The notes: a model not told the origin generated them from the letters alone. DNA of 64,000 nucleotides from Candidatus Nezhaarchaeales archaeon (GCA_038887515.1 JAWAKK010000001.1:448001-512000); one strand, 5' to 3'; shown: positions 37,591 to 48,793, counted from the stretch's first letter. Program-made: numbers and translations.

Positions 37591-40182
37591 TTGATGAAAA
37601 AGAGTGTTGGAATCCCCATACTTATGATCATCCTACTGACCTTCAACGTTTTTGCAACAATATCGATATCAGCCTCAGCTGAAAGCGGTCCAGCAACAGA
37701 CACCATAGAATTTAAGAGAGTCCCCGTGGACCTGGCGGCTCAAGCATTAAAAGCTGGCGAGATAGACTACTACATTTTCGGGTTAAGGCCAGCTCAGGCC
37801 GAGGCGTTGAAAGGTGATCCAGACGTAGCTCTATACTATGCGCCTGCTGGTTTAGTCAGTATTGTACTGAACCCAGCACCAGCACCAAAAGGAACATTGA
37901 ATCCGCTCTCAATAAGAGAAGTGAGGTTTGCTTTGAATTATCTGCTTGATAGGGATTACGTCGTTAATCAGATATACAAAGGGTTTGCAGCACCAATGGT
38001 AACGTTCCTCTCTCAATACGATCCCGACTACGTAACAATCTACGATATAATAGCTAAATACGACTTTAAGTACGATCCAGTAACTGCCGCAGCCATAATT
38101 GATAAAGCATTGACACGAGCTGGTGCCAGCAAAATAGGAGGAAAGTGGTACTACGATGGCAAGCCGATAACCCTAAACTTCATTATAAGAATTGAAGATG
38201 AAAGAAGAGAGATAGGCGACATGCTCGCCTCAGCACTTGAGAGTGTGGGCTTCACAGTTAACAGGCTCTACATGGCTTTTGGGCAAGCAATATCAATAAT
38301 ATATGGAACTGACCCTAAAGAATTGCAATGGCACCTCTATACTGAAGGCTGGGGTAAGTCAGCCCCTGAAAAGCACGATTATTCAATCATCAACCAATTT
38401 GGTGCACCATGGTATGGTTACATGCCAGGTTGGCAGGAAGCCGGGTACTGGCAATACGAGAACTCTACAATAGATGAACTTGGAAAGAAGATCTACATGG
38501 GTAACTTCATGAACAAAGAGGAGAGAGACGAGATGTACAGGAAGGCCACGGAGATGATAATTCAAGAGTCTGTGAGAATATGGATCGCTACAAGGCTAGA
38601 AGCACATCCAACTAAGAAGGAGGTTAGCGGATTAACAGAGGATGTGGGTACAGGGCTTAGATCACCATTTAATCCACGAGAAGTCTACATACCTGGTAAG
38701 ACCACCATAAGAATTGGTCACCTGTGGGTTCACACCGAGAGTACTGCTTGGAACCCGATAGGAGGTCACGATGATGTGTACAGCGTGGATATATGGAGGG
38801 CTGTACATGACCCGTTTATGTGGAGGCATCCATTTAGTGGAGCGCCCATTCCCTTGAGGTGGAGTTACAAGGTTACAACAGCTGGACCAGTAGGTAGCCT
38901 ATCCGTCCCTGAAGATGCCTTCATATGGGATGCGGTTTCAGATACATGGAAGCTTGTAGGGAGGGGGGTGACGGCTAAGAGCAAGGTCGTTTTCGATCTG
39001 TCAAAGTACGTGGGTACAAAGTGGCATAATGGTCAGACGATAACTTGGGCTGACGTTTTGTACGCGATATACCAAGCCTTTGAGATAGCTTATGACCCAA
39101 TAAAAAGCTCTATAGAATCGTCCATAGCTGCAACACTCAGTGAGACACTTAATCTATTTAAAGGCTTTAGAATAGTCGATGAAAAGTACTTAGAGGTTTA
39201 CGTGGACTACTGGCACTTTAGCGATGATTACATAGCTGAATATGCCGTCATCCCAGGAGGACATTATCCATGGGAATTGCTCGCTGCTATGGATAAAGTT
39301 GTCTTTGAAGATAAAGCAGCTATGTACTCGAGAAGCGCCTCTAAGAGTTATGGAGTTCCATGGCTTTCAGTTAATTTGAAGATGCACGGCGAACTAGTTA
39401 AGACAGCATTAGAGAAGATAGAGTTCGGTGATTATAAAAAGATCTTTACAGTAGGAGGCAAAGTCTACGCGAGCGAGGCAGAATTTGCAGCTAGAAGAGC
39501 TGCTGATATCGCGTGGTTCAACGATAAGGGTCACTTAGTAATTAGCGATGGACCATTCTATCTTAACGTATTTGACCCGGTAGCTCAATATGCTCAACTT
39601 AAAGCCTTTAGAGATCCAAGCTATCCGTTCTCGAAAGGTGATTGGTATTACGGTAAGCCAGAGCCTCCTAGAGTAGTTAGTGTAGGAGTACCAATGGTTG
39701 TTCCTGGCGGGTCAGCGTCAATAATAATTGAAGTTCAAGGCCTTCCACCTCTTGGAGTAAAGTACTTGATTAGAAATCCGATAACCGGAGACGTAGTAAG
39801 CATCGGAGATGCTGAAGCCCTAGCAGCTTCGAAGTTCGTCATTAGAATGTCGCCTACATTTACAGGAGCCTTGGAACCAGGACTCTATGAGCTGACTGCT
39901 ATTGCATATAGTGAGCAAGTAGCTTTCGTAGACGCAACTAAAACATACTTCGACGTCTTCAATGTACGGCCTTTGGAATCCACCTTCCGAGACATTGGAA
40001 CGGCCTTGTCTCAAGAAATAGCAAGGATAAGCAGTACCCTAGACTCTTTAACTCAAAGTCTAAACACCCTTGCGGCACAAGTGGGTAGCATGTCGATAAT
40101 GCTTATAGTCATAGCAGTACTCATCATAGTAGGCATAGCAGTTAGCAGCATGGGCCTCCGAAGGAGAACGGTAAAAGCCTAA
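37591..40182 (+). CDS. ABC peptide transporter substrate-binding protein with C-terminal membrane anchor
   Basis: Signal peptide, VRFALNYLLDR, KWHNG..IT.AD, C-terminal coiled coil + TM. Confidence 0.85.
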   Translation: MMKKSVGIPILMIILLTFNVFATISISASAESGPATDTIEFKRVPVDLAAQALKAGEIDYYIFGLRPAQAEALKGDPDVALYYAPAGLVSIVLNPAPAPKGTLNPLSIREVRFALNYLLDRDYVVNQIYKGFAAPMVTFLSQYDPDYVTIYDIIAKYDFKYDPVTAAAIIDKALTRAGASKIGGKWYYDGKPITLNFIIRIEDERREIGDMLASALESVGFTVNRLYMAFGQAISIIYGTDPKELQWHLYTEGWGKSAPEKHDYSIINQFGAPWYGYMPGWQEAGYWQYENSTIDELGKKIYMGNFMNKEERDEMYRKATEMIIQESVRIWIATRLEAHPTKKEVSGLTEDVGTGLRSPFNPREVYIPGKTTIRIGHLWVHTESTAWNPIGGHDDVYSVDIWRAVHDPFMWRHPFSGAPIPLRWSYKVTTAGPVGSLSVPEDAFIWDAVSDTWKLVGRGVTAKSKVVFDLSKYVGTKWHNGQTITWADVLYAIYQAFEIAYDPIKSSIESSIAATLSETLNLFKGFRIVDEKYLEVYVDYWHFSDDYIAEYAVIPGGHYPWELLAAMDKVVFEDKAAMYSRSASKSYGVPWLSVNLKMHGELVKTALEKIEFGDYKKIFTVGGKVYASEAEFAARRAADIAWFNDKGHLVISDGPFYLNVFDPVAQYAQLKAFRDPSYPFSKGDWYYGKPEPPRVVSVGVPMVVPGGSASIIIEVQGLPPLGVKYLIRNPITGDVVSIGDAEALAASKFVIRMSPTFTGALEPGLYELTAIAYSEQVAFVDATKTYFDVFNVRPLESTFRDIGTALSQEIARISSTLDSLTQSLNTLAAQVGSMSIMLIVIAVLIIVGIAVSSMGLRRRTVKA

Positions 40183-40311
40183 ATCCACTTCTTTTAATTC
40201 ATCTTTTTTTTTACTATTTGTCAGAGGATCAACAATTTTAAGGAAAGCTTTATATTTTCTTGAGATATTGGCGTAACGTTACGTGAAGCGCCGACCTCAA
40301 GGTGTTAGTTA

Positions 40312-41361
40312 TTGGGTCTCAAAAGAGCTTTGGCATTTAAAGCTACGAGCCTAGCGGTCGTTTTGTTATTTGTTTTGCTGTTAACTACAATAATCATAGG
40401 TGCAACGGGTATATCAGATAAGATACTAAGTGGCATGGTCCAAGACAACTTAAGGGCTATTCGACAAGAGCTAGCGCGTGAGATAAGAGACCCAGAGGAT
40501 TTAGAGAGAACTTTAGAGAAAATCAAAGAGGATCTTATTAGAAGTTACGGCTTAGATAAGCCGTGGTACGTCAGAATGCCTGACATGGTGTGGAGGATAT
40601 TGACGCTTGATCTTGGCAATTCCAGAACGGTAGCCAGCTTTTCTGGAAGCAATAAAATCTCTGATATAATATTGGAAAGGCTACCTAATACCGTATTCCT
40701 CATGATTACGGTCTTGATCATAAACTTTGCTTTAAGTTTAATGATAGGCGTTAAGGTCGCCACGAAACCTGGCTCATTCCTCGACAGGTTCGTTTCAATG
40801 TATTCTGCCGTGTCTTATGCTCTACCGACTTGGTGGTTGGGTATAATCATGATTTTGGCATTCGCTTTCTACCTCAAAATATTTCCATTTGGCGGTATGT
40901 ATAGTACACCACCACCAACAGACCCTTTAATGCGTAGTCTTGATTTAGCTTGGCACCTTTGCCTTCCAGTACTGACCTTAGTGATAGCAACGTCAGGTTC
41001 ATGGATTTACATAACTAGGAGCATTGTTATAACAACAGCTCAAGAAGACTTCGTAACTATAGCTAGAGCTAAGGGTCTTTCAGAAAGGACAGTTTTATGG
41101 AGGTACATAATTCGAGCTGCAGCGCCTCCGATTCTGACTAACCTTATTTTAAGTTTAGCTGCTTATCTTAGTGGAGCAATACTTACAGAGACCATCTTCT
41201 CATGGCCTGGGATGGGCCTTTTATACTTTGAGGCCATAATGTCTGTAGATGAAGCGCTAATACTTGCTTTAACGTACATGTACACACTCATATACGTCAT
41301 TGCAAGGTTCGTTCTTGAAGTCCTTTATGTCACGGTTGATCCACGGGTGAGGTATGCATGA
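40312..41361 (+). CDS. ABC peptide permease (DppB-like)
   Basis: YGLDKP, ERLPNT, ARAKGL, ETIFSWPGMG, DPRVR. Confidence 0.9.
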   Translation: MGLKRALAFKATSLAVVLLFVLLLTTIIIGATGISDKILSGMVQDNLRAIRQELAREIRDPEDLERTLEKIKEDLIRSYGLDKPWYVRMPDMVWRILTLDLGNSRTVASFSGSNKISDIILERLPNTVFLMITVLIINFALSLMIGVKVATKPGSFLDRFVSMYSAVSYALPTWWLGIIMILAFAFYLKIFPFGGMYSTPPPTDPLMRSLDLAWHLCLPVLTLVIATSGSWIYITRSIVITTAQEDFVTIARAKGLSERTVLWRYIIRAAAPPILTNLILSLAAYLSGAILTETIFSWPGMGLLYFEAIMSVDEALILALTYMYTLIYVIARFVLEVLYVTVDPRVRYA

Positions 41362-42791
41362 GTAGATACCTCAGAGAGAATTTAAGCGAATTCTGGGCAA
41401 GCAAGACTTCGAAGATAGGATTGGCTTTCCTATTAGTACTTGTTTTAATTTCGATGTATGTTGTACTCACATTCCCCCTAGATTATGGAACACGCTACTG
41501 GAATAATCCAAAGTACTGGGTCGACAACCCCAAGGTTGCAATGCCTGAGTGGATCAACTTCTTCACTGGGAATAAGTTTCTTGAACATAAAATACTATCA
41601 ACAAGCACCATTCAGAGATCGTATCCTTCAGGAGCTTATTACATTAAGTCTTACGAGTTCGTATACGAACTTACTGTCGAGCAATCCCCCCTGTTTCTCA
41701 CATTAAAACTTGATAATGTAACTTATTTCTCAAAACCTCCAACAATAGAACTGCTCGTAACGAGGCCTGACAATAGCACCATCAGCATGTATAAGTTCAT
41801 AGTTGAAGCACCTATTGCAGGCGAAGAGCCGCCATACAACAGGTATGTAGTTGAACCGAAGAGAATAATGTTGAGTGGAGAGCCACAATTGTCTTTGGTT
41901 CTCTCAAACTTCTTGCTAGATAGATATAATCTGTCTATTGAGTCAAAGACTTTGGCTGAGATTGGTTACGAAAAAATTATTTTCGGAGAGCCTTACGATG
42001 GTGACTTTAAGCCGCTTAAGGGTAAGTATATTTTTACGGTCCTACTTTATGCAAGAGATGTTAGGGATCAAATAGATAGAGTAACAATAGTTGTTGGCGG
42101 CCAAGTTTATGGATTAATGGGAACTGACGTCCTAGGAAGAGACTTGTCGCAAGGATTACTCTTCGGCTTCCCAGTTGCTCTACTTATAGGAGTTGTTGTC
42201 TCGATCTTGTCCACTATAATCGGTGCTACGCTAGGAATCGTTAGTGGGTATATTGGAGGACGGGTAGACGTGATGATACAACGTATTTGTGACGTGATGA
42301 ATAATATACCTCAGCTCCCACTTCTCATATTCTTGACTTTCATATTTGGGGGGAAGCTCTGGATAATCGTGATTATTCTAGTGATCTTCGGATGGCCATC
42401 ACTCGTAATAATCGTTCGATCTATGGTATTGCAAGCAAAATCTTCACCCTTTATTGAAGCAGCCATATCAGTAGGTGCATCACGGTGGCGCATAATGATT
42501 CGACACATTTTCCCGCAGGTGGCACCATACGTCTTAGCTCAAATGATATTCTTCACACCTTCAGCAATACTTGCTGAAGCTGCCCTAAGCTTTTTAGGAT
42601 TGGGCGATCCATCAATACCGACTTGGGGTCAAATTCTCGAATACGGTTTCCGTAATGGAGCCGTTTTTCTAGGCTATTGGTGGTGGATACTGCCTCCAGG
42701 TCTGTTAATAGTTTTCTCCGCAATAGCGTTCGTGTTCATAGCTCTTGGTTTAGAGCCCGTTGTAAATCCAAGATTAAGGCGGTGGCGATAA
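41358..42791 (+). CDS. ABC peptide permease (DppC-like) with large extracellular loop
   Basis: GTDVLGRD, EAA..GAS, LSFLGLGDP..PTWG. Confidence 0.9.
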   Translation: MSRYLRENLSEFWASKTSKIGLAFLLVLVLISMYVVLTFPLDYGTRYWNNPKYWVDNPKVAMPEWINFFTGNKFLEHKILSTSTIQRSYPSGAYYIKSYEFVYELTVEQSPLFLTLKLDNVTYFSKPPTIELLVTRPDNSTISMYKFIVEAPIAGEEPPYNRYVVEPKRIMLSGEPQLSLVLSNFLLDRYNLSIESKTLAEIGYEKIIFGEPYDGDFKPLKGKYIFTVLLYARDVRDQIDRVTIVVGGQVYGLMGTDVLGRDLSQGLLFGFPVALLIGVVVSILSTIIGATLGIVSGYIGGRVDVMIQRICDVMNNIPQLPLLIFLTFIFGGKLWIIVIILVIFGWPSLVIIVRSMVLQAKSSPFIEAAISVGASRWRIMIRHIFPQVAPYVLAQMIFFTPSAILAEAALSFLGLGDPSIPTWGQILEYGFRNGAVFLGYWWWILPPGLLIVFSAIAFVFIALGLEPVVNPRLRRWR

Positions 42792-43760
42792 ATGTCTCTC
42801 CTCGATGTCCATAATTTAAAGCTTTACTACAAAACTTTGAGGGGAACGCTCAGAGCAGTGGATGGAGTAAGCTTTTCTTTAGAGAAAGTGGAAACATTAG
42901 GGCTTGTAGGTGAATCGGGCTGTGGAAAGTCAAGTACAGCCACAGCAATAATGCGTCTCTTGCCGAGAAACGTTGAGCTGTATGATGGGAAAGTACTTCT
43001 AAATAGCATTGATCTGTTGAAGCTTAGTGAAAAAGAATTTAGAGAGAAGATAAGGTGGAAGAAAATCTCAATAGTTCCTCAGGGGGCAATGAACTCTTTT
43101 AACCCAGTTCTAAAGGTTGGCTTTCAAGTTGCTGAACCCCTAATGGTACATTTAAATATGAAAAGGCCTGAAGCTTTAAAGAAGGTTAGAGAGCTCTTCA
43201 AACTCGTAGGGCTGCCACCAGATTATATTGATAGATATCCGCACGAGCTCAGTGGCGGTATGAAGCAACGAGCCGCTATTGCTATGGCCTTAACGCTTAA
43301 TCCCGAGGTAGTAATTTTAGATGAGCCCACCTCAGCCTTGGATGTAAGTATTCAAGCACAAATAATGAACCTTCTAAAAAATTTGAAGAAGGAATTAGGA
43401 CTATCTATGATATTTATAACTCATGACATTGCTTTGGCAAGCGACATATGCGACAAGATTGGCGTAATGTACGCTGGACAGATCGTTGAGCTATCTTCAA
43501 GTGAAGGCGTGCTACTAAATCCAAAGCACCCTTATACACAAAAGTTGATATCTAGCATTCCACGTTTGAGAGAAGAGAAAATGCCAGAGTTCATACCGGG
43601 AGCTCCACCTGATCTTATAAACCCACCACCCGGTTGTAGATTCCATCCGAGATGCCCATACTCCGATGGAAAAAGATGCGCCAGAGAAGAGCCAGAGATG
43701 ATAGAGATTAAGGACGGCCACTTCGTAAAATGTTGGCTCTACAACGGTGGTTCTAGATGA
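42792..43760 (+). CDS. ABC peptide ATPase (DppD-like)
   Basis: GESGCGKS, LSGGMKQR, DEPT, HPYT, GCRFHPRC. Confidence 0.92.
   Translation: MSLLDVHNLKLYYKTLRGTLRAVDGVSFSLEKVETLGLVGESGCGKSSTATAIMRLLPRNVELYDGKVLLNSIDLLKLSEKEFREKIRWKKISIVPQGAMNSFNPVLKVGFQVAEPLMVHLNMKRPEALKKVRELFKLVGLPPDYIDRYPHELSGGMKQRAAIAMALTLNPEVVILDEPTSALDVSIQAQIMNLLKNLKKELGLSMIFITHDIALASDICDKIGVMYAGQIVELSSSEGVLLNPKHPYTQKLISSIPRLREEKMPEFIPGAPPDLINPPPGCRFHPRCPYSDGKRCAREEPEMIEIKDGHFVKCWLYNGGSR
43616..43709 (+). repeat. 94-bp perfect direct repeat, copy 1
   Basis: Identical to 44593-44686. Confidence 0.9.
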
Positions 43761-44743
43761 GTAACTCTATATTGGAACTACAGGAAATAAGGACTTATTT
43801 TTACGTTAGAAAAGGACTATTTAAGACATTAACCGTGAAGGCAGTTGACGGAGTATCTATCAACATAAGTAAGGGAGAAACTGTTGCTATAGTAGGTGAG
43901 TCAGGAAGTGGAAAATCAACTCTCGGCAGAACTGCACTTAAGCTCGTTAAACCTGTTTCTGGCAGAATTATTTTTGAAGGTAAAGACATAACTCATCTTT
44001 CTGGGGACTTAAAATGGTTTAGAAGAAGAGCACAAATGATATTTCAAGACCCTTACACTTCATTGAACCCATTCATGAGCATCAAGCAAATAATAGAAGA
44101 ACCGCTAATGGTACATGGATTCGACGAAGGGGAAAGAGAAAAGAGAGTAATTAAAGCTCTTGAAGACGTGCGCTTGCTACCTCCTGAAGAGTTTCTATCA
44201 AAGTACCCACACATGCTGTCTGGTGGTCAGAGGCAGAGAGTTGGCATAGCAAGGTGTCTAGTACTTGAACCTGTCTTCATCGTCGCCGATGAGCCCGTCT
44301 CTATGATCGATGCATCTAGCAGAGTAGAAATACTTCTCTTAATGCGCTCTTTACAGAGAAAGTACGGTATTGGCATAATGTACATTACGCATGATATAGC
44401 CACGGCAAAGTACTTTTCAGATAGGATAGCAACCATGTATGCTGGGAAAATTGTCGAATTGGGCTCTTCCCAAAAAATCCTGAAGAATCCACTTCATCCA
44501 TACACAATGGCTTTAATAGATGCCGTTCCGGACCCAGATCCTCAGAATAGATTTAGACTTAGAAGAGTTGTGGCAGGTGAACCGCCAAATCCTATAAACC
44601 CACCACCCGGTTGTAGATTCCATCCGAGATGCCCATACTCCGATGGAAAAAGATGCGCCAGAGAAGAGCCAGAGATGATAGAGATTGAAGGAGATAGAAA
44701 AGTCGCTTGTCACTATGTAGAGAAGTTTATTAAGGGGATATGA
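43757..44743 (+). CDS. ABC peptide ATPase (DppF-like)
   Basis: GESGSGKS, LSGGQRQR, DEP, HPYT. Confidence 0.92.
   Translation: MSNSILELQEIRTYFYVRKGLFKTLTVKAVDGVSINISKGETVAIVGESGSGKSTLGRTALKLVKPVSGRIIFEGKDITHLSGDLKWFRRRAQMIFQDPYTSLNPFMSIKQIIEEPLMVHGFDEGEREKRVIKALEDVRLLPPEEFLSKYPHMLSGGQRQRVGIARCLVLEPVFIVADEPVSMIDASSRVEILLLMRSLQRKYGIGIMYITHDIATAKYFSDRIATMYAGKIVELGSSQKILKNPLHPYTMALIDAVPDPDPQNRFRLRRVVAGEPPNPINPPPGCRFHPRCPYSDGKRCAREEPEMIEIEGDRKVACHYVEKFIKGI
44593..44686 (+). repeat. 94-bp perfect direct repeat, copy 2
   Basis: Identical to 43616-43709. Confidence 0.9.
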
Positions 44744-44932
44744 AAGCGAGAAGTTAATCGATAAAAATACAATAAAATTAGGTTTTTACAAAGTAATGAC
44801 GTTTCTTAAATTGATACGTTAGAATGCCTAGATTCAGCTTAAAAACTATGAAAGCTTAGGGAAATGCTTATGTTAATGAAGTCGACTTTATGAATGCGTA
44901 TTGCGTATTAAAAACCCTTAAAGGGGTATTGT

Positions 44933-45142
44933 ATGAGGAGGGGAAAGAACAACGATCTTAGAGACTTGTTTGAAGCGATTAAAGAGTTAAAGCATTTACT
45001 TTCATCTGACGGACTAATTGATTTACACCATGATGAAGTGAAGGAAGGCTTTATAGACTCAAGCTCAATAGACAAATTCGGCTTACACATTGTAGGAGAT
45101 ATAATTGTCGGAACCGCCTTAGGATTTGGGGGCTCACGTTAA
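44933..45142 (+). CDS. Small hypothetical ORF, possibly frameshifted
   Basis: 69 aa; another frame continues past the G5 run near 45128 (LTLIILAPER...) into the next gene. Confidence 0.35.
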   Translation: MRRGKNNDLRDLFEAIKELKHLLSSDGLIDLHHDEVKEGFIDSSSIDKFGLHIVGDIIVGTALGFGGSR

Positions 45143-45274
45143 TAATTCTTGCTCCTGAAAGAAGCATGACTGACTATACCGAAGGTATATCTTCCTTGTT
45201 AAGAGCTCTCAGAAAGAAATATAGGGTCTTTGACCGTCAAGAATTTATGGTGAAGAAGCCTACGGTGGAAGCTT

Positions 45275-46672
45275 ATGGCAAAGATTCTATTAGCGATACC
45301 GCCTGGCTGCGATAAACTCGAAATATATCAAGTCGCAGGGATTAGGGCCCCTCCTTTGGGGTTGGCGTGGATAGCGAGCGTACTTGAAAGATATGGCCAT
45401 GACGTTAAAATTGTCGATTCTCCAACGTTAGGTCTCTCACTTACAGACTTTATTAAAATTGTTGGTTCATGGTGTCCAGATATAGTTGGTTTGAGCTCTT
45501 TAACTCCAACTATTAAGCTTGCATACAAAACAGCGAAAGCGGTCAAGACGTTGAATAGGGACATTAAGATAGCGATGGGAGGAGTGCATACGACGTTCAT
45601 GTGGCGCGAAGTACTTAGCGAGTGCCCGTACGTAGACTTTGTTGTGTTGGGCGAAGGTGAAGGGTCTATGCCCCAGCTTGTCGACGCCCTAGAGAAGGGG
45701 GTCAAGCCGCGTAATGTGCCCGGTATAGCTATGAGGAATGAGAATGGGGAACCTGTATGTACTGGCCCTTGGAAGCTTGTAGACTTAGAAGACTTACCTC
45801 CACCGGCAAGACACCTCTTGCCGATGGATAAGTATACAGCCCTCGGTAAGCCAGTAAATATAGTCCACGTAATGGCTAGTAGGGGCTGCCCCTATGGATG
45901 TATATTCTGCGCCACCAGCTATTACTTTGGCAGGAGAGTTAGATTTAGAAGAGTTGAAAGTGTCCTTAACGAGATCGTCGATTGTATTGATAAATATAAG
46001 ACCAAGACCTTCGTGTTCACGGACGACGAGTTCACAATAAGTAAGAGGTGGATAGAAAGCTTCATAAGAGGGCTAAAGGAAATGGGGGTAGATATACAGT
46101 GGACATGTGGAGCAAGGGTCGATAGCGTTGACGAGAAACTTCTAGCGAAAATGTATTCCAGCGGTTGTCAAACAATATACTTCGGTGTTGAATCTGGTTC
46201 TCAGAGAACTATAGATAAGATAGGAAAGAGGATAAGCTTAAGTCAAGTTAAGAGAGTCTTCGAGACGGTTAAGAGGATAGGGGGGTCTGCTGTCGCTACG
46301 TTCATCTTTGGCTTTCCTTGGGAGACTGTAAGTGACATGAAGCAAACCATGAAGTTCGCGATGGATTTAGATCCAGATTACGCACAATTCACATATGCTA
46401 CGCCTTATCCTGGTACTCCGCTATTCAATATAGCTAAAAGGTTCAATCTCATAGTAGACCACGATTGGAGTCACTTTACTACTGTAAGGCCAGTTATGAG
46501 GGGCTTTTACTTCACTATAAGGGATGTTGAAGCAGTGTTTAAAGAGGCTTATTTAAAGTTCTATACAAGGCTCAAGTTCTTGGCGAGACAAATTAAAATG
46601 GGACTCTTCAGGGATTTCATTAAAGTCATACTCAACAACGTAATAATACCTGGACTTAGAAACTGGCTTTAA
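45275..46672 (+). CDS. Cobalamin-binding (class B) radical SAM protein
   Basis: PPLGLAWIASVL, GGVH.T, GEGE, SRGCPYGCIFC, GVESGS, TPYPGT. Confidence 0.9.
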   Translation: MAKILLAIPPGCDKLEIYQVAGIRAPPLGLAWIASVLERYGHDVKIVDSPTLGLSLTDFIKIVGSWCPDIVGLSSLTPTIKLAYKTAKAVKTLNRDIKIAMGGVHTTFMWREVLSECPYVDFVVLGEGEGSMPQLVDALEKGVKPRNVPGIAMRNENGEPVCTGPWKLVDLEDLPPPARHLLPMDKYTALGKPVNIVHVMASRGCPYGCIFCATSYYFGRRVRFRRVESVLNEIVDCIDKYKTKTFVFTDDEFTISKRWIESFIRGLKEMGVDIQWTCGARVDSVDEKLLAKMYSSGCQTIYFGVESGSQRTIDKIGKRISLSQVKRVFETVKRIGGSAVATFIFGFPWETVSDMKQTMKFAMDLDPDYAQFTYATPYPGTPLFNIAKRFNLIVDHDWSHFTTVRPVMRGFYFTIRDVEAVFKEAYLKFYTRLKFLARQIKMGLFRDFIKVILNNVIIPGLRNWL

Positions 46673-46705
46673 TACTGTAACTAAGTGATTCTAAAGTTGA
46701 ATTGA

Positions 46706-46773
46706 GGAGCCATCAGATGACTCTCTACTCATCACGTTAAAATCCGCTCATTGAAGTTATCATCATCAGCTCC
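46706..46773 (-). ncRNA. C/D box guide sRNA
   Basis: Minus strand: GGAGC..ATGATGA-TAACTTCAATGAG-CGGA-TTTTAAC-GTGATGA-GTAGAGAGTCAT-CTGA..GCTCC; 5-bp terminal stem; TATA-like CTTTAAA about 27 nt upstream. Confidence 0.8.
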
Positions 46774-47051
46774 ACATCTAAGACGTTCACGCATGAGGGG
46801 CTTTAAAGCTTTTCAGTAAAATAAGGTACTGCATTTATAAGGGTTAATTAATTATCGACTACGTGCCACCCTTGCTAATTCTCCTAGCAGGCCATGAACC
46901 TTATAACAAGGCTAGCTTCTCAAAGATTTGTATAGCGAGTATAAAGTAAGAATTTTACAAAGGGGGCAAGAGCAAAACAACTCTAGACTTATATAGCTTT
47001 TCGAATTCACTCTAAGAGGTCGCCTATTAACAGTAGTGGGCGAGTGGTTGG

Positions 47052-48308
47052 GTGAATAGAGTGAAATCTTTAACTGAGAAGATACTAAGTAGAGCTTCTA
47101 AGAAGGTCGTTACGCCAGGAGACGTAATTGAAGTCGACGTCGACGTGGTAGCTTTCCACGACCTTACAGGATACCACGTGATAGAAGTTGTAGAGAAGGT
47201 CGGAGCAAAGAAACTAGATAAGCTTAATGGACTTGTCGTAGCATTCGACCATTTAGTGCCGCCACCTGACGCGAGAAGTGCCGAAATTCAGCAAGTAATC
47301 AGGAGATTCGTAAGAGAATTTAAAGTTCCCAACTTCCACGATGTGGGTTATGGAATCCTCCACCAAGTCCTCGTGGAAAGGTACGTTTTGCCCGGTCAAG
47401 TTGTAGTTGCAGCTGACAGCCACACCTCCACTTCAGGCGCCCTCGGAGCTTTTGCTCAAGGTATGGGGGCAAGCGATGTAGCTGCAGCATTAATAACTGG
47501 GAAGACGTGGTTAACAGTTCCGCAGCCCTTCAAGCTGATCTTAGAAGGCAAGCCAAGACAATGGATAACGGGTAAAGAAGTATCATTGAAGCTACTTGAA
47601 GAGTTTAAGGCGGACTACTTTGGTGGCATGTCGATAGAGACCTTCGTGAACGATCCTAAAGCGTTTCCAATGGATTATAGGTTAACGCTTGCAAACATGG
47701 GCATAGAGATGAATGCTGACGCCATAGTGTTCGTTCCAGACGACGTAACTGTAAGTTACTTAGAGACCACTAGGGGCATTAGAGTTTCAAACGCCGAGAA
47801 GCCAGATAGGGGCGCTGAGTACGTTGACGAGTACGTCCTTCAACTGGACGAGGTAGATTTCCTTGTATCAGCTCCCAGCAGTGTCGACAACGTTAAAAGC
47901 GTTAGAGAGCTCGCGGGCGTTGAAGTAGACTTAGTTTTCATAGGATCCTGTACTAACGGTCGTCTTAGCGACATAGAGATAGTAGCCAAGTTATTGAGGG
48001 GTAAGAAGGTGAGGACAAGATGTATAGTCATACCAGCTTCTTGGAGCGTCTTTAAGAGCGCATTAAAGCTAGGGTACATTCAGACGCTCGTAGAATCCGG
48101 CTGTATAGTTACCTATGGTACGTGCGGGCCGTGCATAGGAGGACACTTCGGGGTAGCTGGGCCCAATGAAGTTGTTGTGTCTACGTCAAATAGAAACTTC
48201 GTCGGAAGAATGGGTAGCCCACAGTCAAAGATTTATCTGTCAGGGCCAGCTGTAGCTGCAGCTACAGCAGTATTGGGCAGGATAGCTGATCCGAGTGATG
48301 TCTTATGA
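47052..48308 (+). CDS. leuC: 3-isopropylmalate dehydratase large subunit
   Basis: [39 protein letters not shown]. Confidence 0.9.
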   Translation: MNRVKSLTEKILSRASKKVVTPGDVIEVDVDVVAFHDLTGYHVIEVVEKVGAKKLDKLNGLVVAFDHLVPPPDARSAEIQQVIRRFVREFKVPNFHDVGYGILHQVLVERYVLPGQVVVAADSHTSTSGALGAFAQGMGASDVAAALITGKTWLTVPQPFKLILEGKPRQWITGKEVSLKLLEEFKADYFGGMSIETFVNDPKAFPMDYRLTLANMGIEMNADAIVFVPDDVTVSYLETTRGIRVSNAEKPDRGAEYVDEYVLQLDEVDFLVSAPSSVDNVKSVRELAGVEVDLVFIGSCTNGRLSDIEIVAKLLRGKKVRTRCIVIPASWSVFKSALKLGYIQTLVESGCIVTYGTCGPCIGGHFGVAGPNEVVVSTSNRNFVGRMGSPQSKIYLSGPAVAAATAVLGRIADPSDVL

Positions 48309-48793
48309 TAGTCGAGGGCAAAGTAATCAAATTAGGAGACAAAATAGATACCGACGTGATAATACCGGCTAAACACCTAAAATATACGGATCCCCAATAC
48401 TTGGCTCAGCACGTCTTCGAACCCATAGACCCTGAATTCTACAAGAAAGCTCAAGGAGCAATAATTGTTGCTGGAAAGGTTTTTGGGATGGGCTCATCAA
48501 GGGAGCAAGCGGCCATAGCCATAAAGGCCGCAGGAGTAAAAGCCGTCGTAGCGGAGTCTTTTGCTAGAATTTTCTATAGAAACGCCATAAATAACGGTCT
48601 GCCAGCGATAGTGTGCCCAAATATAACTAGAGAAGTAAATGATGGAGATGTAATCTCAGTAAATATAGAAACAGGAGAAGTACGTGCAGGATGCAGAGTC
48701 ATTAAAGGTAAGGGAATAAGTGGAATGGCACTAGAAATACTAAAAGCTGGAGGGCTCATAGAGTTTTTGAAGAAATTTCAGCTGGAGCAATAA
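48305..48793 (+). CDS. leuD: 3-isopropylmalate dehydratase small subunit
   Basis: [33 protein letters not shown]. Confidence 0.9.
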   Translation: MIVEGKVIKLGDKIDTDVIIPAKHLKYTDPQYLAQHVFEPIDPEFYKKAQGAIIVAGKVFGMGSSREQAAIAIKAAGVKAVVAESFARIFYRNAINNGLPAIVCPNITREVNDGDVISVNIETGEVRAGCRVIKGKGISGMALEILKAGGLIEFLKKFQLEQ

